From Candidatus Taylorbacteria bacterium RIFCSPHIGHO2_01_FULL_46_22b (lineage in GTDB: Bacteria; Patescibacteriota; Minisyncoccia; Phycocordibacterales; DSPV01), in NCBI GenBank assembly GCA_001820875.1, contig MHRF01000013.1, forward strand, positions 73,992-137,991: a stretch of 64,000 nucleotides of DNA, given 5' to 3'. This document shows, piece by piece, positions 19,537 to 27,446 of this stretch. How positions within the stretch are numbered: position 1 is the first letter of the stretch; every line of letters begins with the position of its first letter. The notes beneath the pieces are model-generated. The model was not told where the DNA came from. It saw nothing but the letters and a program-made list of their open reading frames with translations, and searched no databases. The translations under genes and the position numbers were made by a program.

Positions 19537-20894
19537 TTTTTAAGGATTTTAACAACCCCCTTGTCCGCATCCACCTCAATGAGATCGCCATCTTTGAGGA
19601 CTTTTGTGGCATTTTTTGTTCCCATAACACAAGGGATATTAAATTCACGACTCACGATGGCGGCATGACACGACAGCCCACCCTCATCTGTGACAATAGC
19701 GGCTGATTTTTTAAGAATGACCATGTAATCAGGGGTGGTCATGTTTGTCACTAGAATGTCACCGTGGTTTAACTTTCCGAAATCCTTATGACCCATAATC
19801 ACTTTGGCAATACCGGTAACTTTTCCCTTGCAAGCAATCTGACCTTTAATTTCCTTGATATCCTCCTGTATAGGACTTTCAAAATATGCGCGAATTTTCT
19901 GGTAATCCTTTCCTGTAAGAAGAATCTCCTCACTGTTCAAAAAACCGTGGGCAAATCCCTCTCGTCTTTCCTGTATTACTTTTTTGTCTGGTAACGCTTC
20001 ATCCGCAAAACCTGCGAGGACCTCCTGATAGGTAAGTGTATAAAATGATGGCAAATCTGCTTTCAATTTTTGTGCAAGCAACTGCGCCAAAGGTCTGAAG
20101 GCAAACCATATCTGCTGTGAAGATTCCTTGATTCTGTTTCGGCAGAAAATACCAACTTGAAGCCCGGTAAGTAAAAAGTGCTTTTCGGGTGAAGGCTTAA
20201 GTTCGTTTGAACCGACTTCGGACTTGAGCTCTGCACGTAAGTCCTCTTCAGTATAATTTTCTATAAGATTATAAGACGTTTTTATCCACGCAAATTTTTC
20301 AAGATGAGATTGTATTTCCTTATCTGTAAGTTTCCCCTGCATTTCCAATTTCTTCAAATTCCGTATTGATTCATTAATATAGTCTACATCGAGCTTTTTG
20401 TAAGAATACGAATATTCAAGAATGTCCGGTCGCTCCTTTGATAGCTCTTTCTCGCAAAAATTGGTAAGTGGCATTGCAAACACGTAGAAACCCTGAATTG
20501 TTTTCAAAACCGAGATGTAACGCTTGAAGAGCGATATAAGATCAGGGAGACTACTGTCCTCAAGAAACTTCACCTCATGAATAAAGCGATTATTTTCTTC
20601 TGCAAACTTATCAAATTTTTTGACAACAGTTAGAGGCCATTCGATGTCCTTGGAAAAAGCCTCTCGAAATTTATCAGAAAAAAGTTGAGTATCTTTTAAA
20701 TCGATAAGATACTTATCCTGAACCCATAATGTGTTCACATACTTCAAGATCACACCGGAAGCGATTTCCTGTGGTTGCATTAGCGCTTCCATTACTATGG
20801 CCTTCGATTGAAGAAAACCGAAACGCGTTACCGCAGGATCCCACTCTACAGTCTTTATTTTATTGAATATTTCCTCTGATAACTTTTCAATCAT
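19533..20894 (-). CDS. Variable N-domain + swivel-His module (453 aa)
   Basis: TDEGGLSCHAAIVSREFNIP; FAWIKTSY. Confidence 0.92.
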   Translation of the reverse strand: MIEKLSEEIFNKIKTVEWDPAVTRFGFLQSKAIVMEALMQPQEIASGVILKYVNTLWVQDKYLIDLKDTQLFSDKFREAFSKDIEWPLTVVKKFDKFAEENNRFIHEVKFLEDSSLPDLISLFKRYISVLKTIQGFYVFAMPLTNFCEKELSKERPDILEYSYSYKKLDVDYINESIRNLKKLEMQGKLTDKEIQSHLEKFAWIKTSYNLIENYTEEDLRAELKSEVGSNELKPSPEKHFLLTGLQVGIFCRNRIKESSQQIWFAFRPLAQLLAQKLKADLPSFYTLTYQEVLAGFADEALPDKKVIQERREGFAHGFLNSEEILLTGKDYQKIRAYFESPIQEDIKEIKGQIACKGKVTGIAKVIMGHKDFGKLNHGDILVTNMTTPDYMVILKKSAAIVTDEGGLSCHAAIVSREFNIPCVMGTKNATKVLKDGDLIEVDADKGVVKILKK

Positions 20895-20899
20895 ATTAG

Positions 20900-22357
20900 T
20901 TACTTAACTATTTTCACTACCCCTGTATCCGCATTTACTTCTACTATATCGCCATCCTTTAACACATGCGTTGCGATTTTTGTTCCAACCACACAAGGTT
21001 TTCTCATCTCTCGAGCCATAATCGCCGCATGACAGGTAATTCCACCCTCGTCCGTCACGAAAGCCGAGGCTTTCTCAAGAGCAGGCAGCAGGTTTGATGT
21101 GGTCATCGTAGTTACCAATATATCGCCTCGTTCGAATTTTTCGACATCTTTGCCAGTTTTTATGATTTTCACCGTCCCGCGAGCGCACCCTGCATACCCA
21201 GTCTTTCCTGAAAATTCAGTTACGGCGTCCTTTGTCATGTCCAGAAACGGATGGCTCTGCACAAATGATACCACTTCGGCTCCCTCAAGAATCCTATACT
21301 CATCTCCTTGAACGTGATATATCAAAAAATTCTCCAGACGGTTCTTAACATGAGAAACGTAATCAAATTCTCCCTTAAGTGCAGTGGACACTTCATCCGC
21401 TGACAGACAGATAAGACCTTCGTATGAGATGTTCAGCAATTGAGCTATCTTGTCGAGCACAGGCCGGACAATCGCGGCTGATTCATGCACAAAATCCCCG
21501 CGCTGGGTTCTCAAATAAACTACTTTTCGAATAATATCGACAACGTGTTTGTCTTGAACACTAAAACTCGAAATTGCTTTCTCAATCTTTTGTTCTCTTT
21601 CTTTTCGGTGAGCGAGTCGAATCTCAAGTTCATGAAGTGCTTTGGTTTTATTGATTCCTTCCAACCGTTTCAAGACGGTTTCTTTTGTCCACGCATCACC
21701 GATAAAATACCGCACGCCCAGCCACCCGTATTTCTGTGCATGATTCTCTGCGACAATTGGCAATTCTTCCTCTCGTATACCTGCAAGACGAAGGAAATCA
21801 TCTTGTTCATATTCTGCCGTAGTCAAACGATCCGCGACAGAGATGGTGTCATATAACTTTTGAGCTTCTTCTTTGTTTGCAGTATATTTCTTTACCAATT
21901 CCTCGGCAAATTCAACGAGCGGACGCTCAAAAAAAGTTATCTGATAAAATACTGTGTAATGAGACAGCGCTCGAGAGTAAACAAGGATTGCATCTGCAAG
22001 AACTTTTTTGTCTGCTGATTTGTCTCCAACATATTTTCTAAATAAGAGCGAGACTTCTCGTAATTTGTCTCCCGCTTGAAGACATTGCTCTATAAGACTA
22101 TTGATATATTGATTATTCGATACATCAAATTTATTTTTTACTTCCGCTTCTATTTCGAGCAGGTCACCTGCGAATTGATAAAAATAATGATTGACCTGCA
22201 ACCAACGCACAATAGTTTCCAATCCCAAAAGACTTCTGGATAATTCCCTATTTTGCATTCCCGAAATAATGGCGCTCGAGCCGAATGGCGGCTCTGCCCG
22301 TTCGCCAAAATACGTCAGGTCGCTTTCCTGTATACTTTCTAGGTCTATTTTCTTCAT
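20900..22357 (-). CDS. Variable N-domain + swivel-His module (485 aa)
   Basis: TDEGGITCHAAIMAREMRKP; YGWLG and LRTQRGD. Confidence 0.93.
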   Translation of the reverse strand: MKKIDLESIQESDLTYFGERAEPPFGSSAIISGMQNRELSRSLLGLETIVRWLQVNHYFYQFAGDLLEIEAEVKNKFDVSNNQYINSLIEQCLQAGDKLREVSLLFRKYVGDKSADKKVLADAILVYSRALSHYTVFYQITFFERPLVEFAEELVKKYTANKEEAQKLYDTISVADRLTTAEYEQDDFLRLAGIREEELPIVAENHAQKYGWLGVRYFIGDAWTKETVLKRLEGINKTKALHELEIRLAHRKEREQKIEKAISSFSVQDKHVVDIIRKVVYLRTQRGDFVHESAAIVRPVLDKIAQLLNISYEGLICLSADEVSTALKGEFDYVSHVKNRLENFLIYHVQGDEYRILEGAEVVSFVQSHPFLDMTKDAVTEFSGKTGYAGCARGTVKIIKTGKDVEKFERGDILVTTMTTSNLLPALEKASAFVTDEGGITCHAAIMAREMRKPCVVGTKIATHVLKDGDIVEVNADTGVVKIVK

Positions 22358-23415
22358 CTTATGATTCTCACGATTCCTTTATCTGCATCCACTTCCACTG
22401 TGTCGCCATCCTTGAGAATTTTGGTGGCAACACCAGTACCAATCACACAAGGTTTCTTCATCTCGCGCGCGACAATTGCGGCATGAGAGAGAATGCCGCC
22501 CGCGTCCGTTACAAATGCTGCGGCTTTTTCCATAAGAGGCAAGAATTCTGGACGGGTCATCCCAGTCACCAAAATATCTCCTTTTTCAAATGGAGCGTTG
22601 TATTTAAACGGATCAATAACCAACCGCACTATTCCACGAACATTTCCCTTATACGCAATTTGTCCTTTAATTTCTTTAATTCCAACTTTTGGCAAAACAA
22701 TCTTTTCCATTTCTGATACCTGCAAACCAGAAAAAAGTAGTGACTTCCCAGACTCAAAAAATTGAATTGATTGTCCAAATCTCTCTTCCAGAACACTCTT
22801 ATCTGGCAAAAAAGCACTTTTAAAGTACGCTCGAAATTCTTCTTTTGTTGTAGATAATACCAATTCCTTGGCAATTCCCTTTTCTTTACCAACTTGTTCT
22901 GCAATTCTCTCCATGAAATTTTCCTGTTCTCTAAATACAGGTTCTGAATACAAGCGTGCTTCTTCAAATATCGGCAAATACTTTTCCAAACCTTCAGGAG
23001 ACAAGTAATCTACAATGTATTTAACACTTAGATGCGGGATGTAGTAGTCTGCAATATTTTTCCAAAATTCCTCGTAGATTTTCGCATCTAGTTTTTTGTC
23101 TTCATTCTGTTTAAAAAATAACAGGACTCGCTCCGCATGTTCTTTCAACGAATCGGCGAGCTTTTTTGCGTTATGCGAGTCTCCATTAATCTGTGTAACT
23201 AATCGATCTCCTAAATTGTCTTTTTCTGCTTGGCTGACCCAGCAATCCGATATGCCTTTCCGATGAGTGTACACAACAAGTCCGTAGGCTGAATCTCCTG
23301 ATATACGATTCCCATCTGTCCATTCCCCTCCAAATTGTGAGCAGGAATGCAAACTCCACTTCCCCGACCATACTTTCACCCAGTCAGTGTGTTTTTTAAA
23401 AGAAGAAAGATCCAT
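22354..23415 (-). CDS. Short-class variable N-domain + swivel-His module (353 aa)
   Basis: TDAGGILSHAAIVAREMKKP. Confidence 0.92.
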   Translation of the reverse strand: MDLSSFKKHTDWVKVWSGKWSLHSCSQFGGEWTDGNRISGDSAYGLVVYTHRKGISDCWVSQAEKDNLGDRLVTQINGDSHNAKKLADSLKEHAERVLLFFKQNEDKKLDAKIYEEFWKNIADYYIPHLSVKYIVDYLSPEGLEKYLPIFEEARLYSEPVFREQENFMERIAEQVGKEKGIAKELVLSTTKEEFRAYFKSAFLPDKSVLEERFGQSIQFFESGKSLLFSGLQVSEMEKIVLPKVGIKEIKGQIAYKGNVRGIVRLVIDPFKYNAPFEKGDILVTGMTRPEFLPLMEKAAAFVTDAGGILSHAAIVAREMKKPCVIGTGVATKILKDGDTVEVDADKGIVRIIR

Positions 23416-23419
23416 AGGG

Positions 23420-24370
23420 CTATTTCAACGTAGTAATCGGACGGGATTGGACGATGTAGAATTTGCCATCTTCGCGCGCCCATTCGATATCACAGGGGAA
23501 TTTGTAGTGATTCTCAATTTTGATGACAAGATCGGAAAGGGCAAAGATTTCTTCGTCAGAGAGGACTTGTTTTTCGCCTTCGGATGAAGATATATCGCGC
23601 CATTCATTGCCGCCATGTTCACCAGATTTTTTAAAGAGACCCCGTTCTTGTGTCACTACATTTTTATCGAGAATCAACCGGTCACTTTTATGCACAACAT
23701 AACTATCGGGTGTAATTTGCCCTGACACCACCGCCTCGCCAAGCCCAAGAGCCGCTTCAATGATGAGTTGATTTCGATCTTCTGTGACTGGGTGCACCGA
23801 AAATGCGATACCTGCTGCTTCGCTTTCAACCATTTTTTGTATCACTACCGCAACTGAAATCTTTGTATTATGCAATTCCTTTTCAAAACGATAAAAAACT
23901 GCGCGCGGAGTGAATAGAGATGCCCAACAATGTTGAACTTTTTCAAGGACATTCTTTTCAGTGGTATTAAGAAAACTGTCGAGTTGACCTGCCCATGCAG
24001 CGCTTGCAGAATCTTCGGCGGTTGCCGATGAGCGCACCGCGACAAATTTTGCTCCCAATCGCCCGAATTCAGCTCCGATAGTCGATGCAATATCCTGCGG
24101 CATTTTTGCTTCAAGTATCATCTCCTGAATCTTCTCTGACGCTTTCTCAACTGTATGAATTTCCTGATGATTAACGGTATGCAAAATCGCATCAATCTCA
24201 ACTCCCAAATCAGTCTCGGCAAGAAAACGCTCAAATGCTCCTGCAAGCACCACGAAACCCTCGGGCACGGGAATTCCCGCTTGGGTCATCTCGCCAAGCG
24301 AGGCGCCCTTCCCACCTGCAATCGCGGCATCTCCTTTATTCAATTGGTCAAATCTACGTACAATTTCCAT
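23420..24370 (-). CDS. Stand-alone PEP-synthase/PPDK N-terminal ATP-grasp domain protein (316 aa)
   Basis: GGKGASLGE, VAVRSSATAEDS..AGQ, GLGEAVVSG and DIEWA...IVQSRPITT, then a stop codon. Confidence 0.95.
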   Translation of the reverse strand: MEIVRRFDQLNKGDAAIAGGKGASLGEMTQAGIPVPEGFVVLAGAFERFLAETDLGVEIDAILHTVNHQEIHTVEKASEKIQEMILEAKMPQDIASTIGAEFGRLGAKFVAVRSSATAEDSASAAWAGQLDSFLNTTEKNVLEKVQHCWASLFTPRAVFYRFEKELHNTKISVAVVIQKMVESEAAGIAFSVHPVTEDRNQLIIEAALGLGEAVVSGQITPDSYVVHKSDRLILDKNVVTQERGLFKKSGEHGGNEWRDISSSEGEKQVLSDEEIFALSDLVIKIENHYKFPCDIEWAREDGKFYIVQSRPITTLK

Positions 24371-24577
24371 AAAAACATACCTTTTGCAAGGTTGCTTAAT
24401 AGTACCTCACCACTGTAAATTTTCAATCTGTATTATGCCAGCGATAGCGTATAAAACACAGATTTGTTCGCAAAAAACTACCAGTTGATAGTTCGAGAAT
24501 CATTACAAATTGGAGTACTAGATTTTGTTGGGTTGTAAGGAGTGCGCTTTTCGGTATAATATTCAGATTCAGTTATA

Positions 24578-24648
24578 CGGGGTGTAGTATAGTGGTAGTA
24601 TACACGTTTCGGGTACGTGAGGCCCGAGTCCGATTCTCGGCACCCCGA
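24578..24648 (+). tRNA. tRNA-Pro(CGG)
   Basis: CGGGGTG/CACCCCG acceptor stem; CACGT-TTCGGGT-ACGTG anticodon arm. Confidence 0.9.
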
Positions 24649-24650
24649 TA

Positions 24651-24721
24651 GGGCCTGTAGTCTAGTGGTACGACGCGTCATTCGCATTGACGAGGCGGGG
24701 GTCCGATTCCCCCCAGGTCCA
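24651..24721 (+). tRNA. tRNA-Ala(CGC)
   Basis: GGGCCTG/CAGGTCC acceptor with G3:U70; CGTCA-TTCGCAT-TGACG anticodon arm. Confidence 0.9.
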
Positions 24722-24753
24722 ACATCTCGAATCAATTCAACTCGGTGAAAAAG

Positions 24754-25254
24754 TTACACTCCCGCTTGTATACCTCCGATTGCTGTATCAAAATTATGCT
24801 TGCTTGCGCGATCAATCAGTTCAGCAAGTTTTTGCTTCACCTTGTATGGATTGGCAATATGAATCAGCTTCACTTCGATATCATCTCCTCCAGCGGTATC
24901 GATCGCGAGTTGTCCTGTACCCATCACAATCTTCTCGACAAAATTCTGACTGGTGTGCACATCCGTAATTCTCCCGTAATCAACGCTCTGCACGCTCGTG
25001 GAAAGCCATCCCCGATGAATTAAGATGCGCTTGTTGGTAAATGCGTACGCATTTGATACAGGAATGTAAAAGGTGAAGTAAAAAAGCGCAATCGCAAAAA
25101 TAAGTACTCCAAGCCCGTATATCCAGACCGTGGCAAGCGATAGAAGCATCCACGCCGAAAGATGTATATAAATGTAACGCCAGCTAATTGAGAACTCAAA
25201 TTCAATATGCTCGTCCGAAGTAACTATTTTATTCCAAATTTTTTGGTATCGCAT
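24754..25254 (-). CDS. Membrane protein with a bacterial PH (bPH_2) domain
   Basis: Two TM segments, then YAFTNKRILIHRGW...QNFVEKIVMGTGQLAIDTAG. Confidence 0.8.
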   Translation of the reverse strand: MRYQKIWNKIVTSDEHIEFEFSISWRYIYIHLSAWMLLSLATVWIYGLGVLIFAIALFYFTFYIPVSNAYAFTNKRILIHRGWLSTSVQSVDYGRITDVHTSQNFVEKIVMGTGQLAIDTAGGDDIEVKLIHIANPYKVKQKLAELIDRASKHNFDTAIGGIQAGV

Positions 25255-25327
25255 AACGGTTTTATAATACCACAAAAGCCATTGGGCTCGTCAAAAATTA
25301 AAAAGTACGCTACTATATCTTTTTAAT

Positions 25328-25400
25328 GGGCCCTTAGCTCATCTGGTAGAGCGCCTCATTTGCAATGAGGAGGTAAGCGGTTCGAGCCCGCTAGGGTCCA
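25328..25400 (+). tRNA. tRNA-Ala(TGC)
   Basis: GGGCCCT/AGGGTCC acceptor; CCTCA-TTTGCAA-TGAGG anticodon arm; GGTTCGA T-arm. Confidence 0.95.
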
Positions 25401-25594
25401 AAACGTACGAAAAATACCTGCTCTGCAGCAGGTTTTTTCGATGTTTGGGAAGCCGGAGCTATGTTTTGCCTTCAAGCAAAACAGGCGAGGCAGGGTCGTG
25501 GAATTTTGCTTGCGGCGGCAAGCAAAATATCCCTGACCAAAAACAGTCCACCCACTGCGGTAGGAAGAGAGACCGCTAGGGTCCCACAATGAGC

Positions 25595-26575
25595 TTAATT
25601 TGCAAGTGCTAGCATCAGCACATGATCCAAAAACTCCGGTAATCCAGAGCCGATTGCACCAAGTGCTTTTGGCATCAGTGATTCCTGCGTCAGCCCTGGC
25701 AGTGTATTTGATTCAAGATAATAAATCCCGCGTTTAGGGGTAACCATAAAATCAGAACGGGAGTAGTGTCGAAGACCAAGCGATTGGTGTGCCACTGCTG
25801 CCAATCGCTGGATTTCACGCATTTCTTCTGGAGAGAAGTTGCCTGGGCAAATTTCCTCTGACCGGCCGGAATACTTCGCCTCGTAATCAAAAAACTCTTT
25901 ATCTGCGGGTGGTCTAATCTCAATCGGCAAAAGTGAATATATATCTTTTCCGCGGAAACGTTCCACCACCCCACAGGTGGCTTCTTTTCCTTTAATAAAT
26001 TCTTCAATCAAAATAACATCTGCATGTTTAAGGGCCGTGTATACACCTGCTTCAAATGTACTAAAATCCCGTGCCACACTCATACCCACTGATGATCCTA
26101 AATTTGCTGGTTTGATGATTACAGGAAGCGGTAATGATCTGAAGGTAGAAAGAATTTGTTCTCCAATATTCCCCTGCTCTTTGCGAATCACCGCATGCGC
26201 AGGAGTTTTAATGCCTTCTGTCGCCAGACGCCGCTTTGCAGAAATTTTATTCATCGCAAGCACCGATCCGAATACATCCGATCCCGTATATGGAAGCGAG
26301 AGTTGTTCAAGAATCCGCTGAACCTGTCCATCCTCGCCATACTCACCGTGCATCGCATTAAACACTACATCAACACCCGTCAGAGCTTGTGCAGGATTTT
26401 TTTTCGTTCCCACCACATGCCACGCGCCATTTTTATCAATCACAATATCTCGAGCTGTATATTTGCCAGCATGCAAATTATTCAGCACAGATTCACCAGT
26501 CTTAAGCGAGACCTCGTGTTCGCTCGACGGACCGCCGCGCAAAACTGCAACTGAAATTTTTCGCTCTGGTATCAT
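25595..26575 (-). CDS. ddl: D-alanine--D-alanine ligase
   Basis: GGPSSEHEVSL, HGEYGEDG, GSSVG, DYEAKY, LESNTLPG. Confidence 0.95.
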   Translation of the reverse strand: MIPERKISVAVLRGGPSSEHEVSLKTGESVLNNLHAGKYTARDIVIDKNGAWHVVGTKKNPAQALTGVDVVFNAMHGEYGEDGQVQRILEQLSLPYTGSDVFGSVLAMNKISAKRRLATEGIKTPAHAVIRKEQGNIGEQILSTFRSLPLPVIIKPANLGSSVGMSVARDFSTFEAGVYTALKHADVILIEEFIKGKEATCGVVERFRGKDIYSLLPIEIRPPADKEFFDYEAKYSGRSEEICPGNFSPEEMREIQRLAAVAHQSLGLRHYSRSDFMVTPKRGIYYLESNTLPGLTQESLMPKALGAIGSGLPEFLDHVLMLALAN

Positions 26576-26640
26576 ACCGCTAGTATATCAGGAAACAAAA
26601 CAACAAACAGTGAAAAACTTTTTTTGCCCGTTTTGTATAA

Positions 26641-27123
26641 TTAGAAAATCACACTCAAAAGAAAGGTGACAAAAAATACAGTCGCCAAAATTGAATTAAT
26701 AACCACACCAACTGCCGCACCCAGCACCCCGAGCGTTGCTGCGCGAAATGCATGTTTATGGTCATTGTGTATCAGAAACTCTGATGCAAGAATCGCCCCG
26801 AACAAGCCAAGTAACCCTCCAAATGGTGGGAGTAACAAAGTTCCGACAAAAGCTCCAATAATCCCAAACAATATAGAGCGAAGGGAAGCTCCCCCGTATT
26901 TTGCGCCTAAAGCTCCAGACAAGAGGTCAACCAAAAAAGAAATAACGTATAAGGAGACCAGAATAAAATAAACAGTGAGAGTAAGGTGCGTGAATTGATC
27001 TACAAATCCAAACAGAGTTGCAACAATAAGCATGTAGAGCATTGCGGGCACACTTGGAATGAGTGCGAGTAATACGCCACAGAGCAACAAGCAGGAAAAG
27101 ACTACTATAAGAAGAATCTCCAT
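26641..27123 (-). CDS. DUF456-family membrane protein
   Basis: Hydrophobic; GAKYGGAS...G.II.GAFVG...PPFGG. Confidence 0.75.
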   Translation of the reverse strand: MEILLIVVFSCLLLCGVLLALIPSVPAMLYMLIVATLFGFVDQFTHLTLTVYFILVSLYVISFLVDLLSGALGAKYGGASLRSILFGIIGAFVGTLLLPPFGGLLGLFGAILASEFLIHNDHKHAFRAATLGVLGAAVGVVINSILATVFFVTFLLSVIF

Positions 27124-27321
27124 GTGTGTATGGTCTCAAAGAAATACACGTAAAGCAACCGGCTGATATGTAATAGTATCTTGCAGGAACACACAGAAGG
27201 CTGTAGGATAAAAGCCGGTCTGGTCTTGGGGTTGGGAACAATTCTTGGTCATCTGGCTTAGGGGTTGGCAGTGGAGATGGTCCAAGATAGACGCGGAGTT
27301 CGCTCTTCGCGCGCGGCGGGT

Positions 27322-27378
27322 GGGCGGCTCGATTTGACGCTTTGTTTCTTTGGGGCGTCAGACGAGCCGCCCTTTTTT
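27322..27378 (+). terminator. Long GC hairpin with T tract; no annotated plus-strand gene upstream
   Basis: GGGCGGCTCG...CGAGCCGCCC-TTTTTT with an inner TGACGC/GCGTCA stem. Confidence 0.55.
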
Positions 27379-27446
27379 ATTTGAAAATATTGACAAATCC
27401 TAGAAATCTGGTAATACGTATAGCAGACCTTACGGAACAACCTTTT

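Noticed and set aside
1-23415. Diversity-generating retroelement or assembly-artefact explanation for the paralogues
   Set aside because: There is no reverse transcriptase or TR/VR pair with adenine-specific differences, and the copies are far too divergent to be mis-assembled duplicates.
1-24370. Calling the array multiple PEP synthase (ppsA), PPDK or PTS Enzyme I genes
   Set aside because: No gene has the C-terminal PEP/pyruvate-binding barrel or an HPr-binding domain. The His domain is C-terminal, as in RPH-type enzymes.
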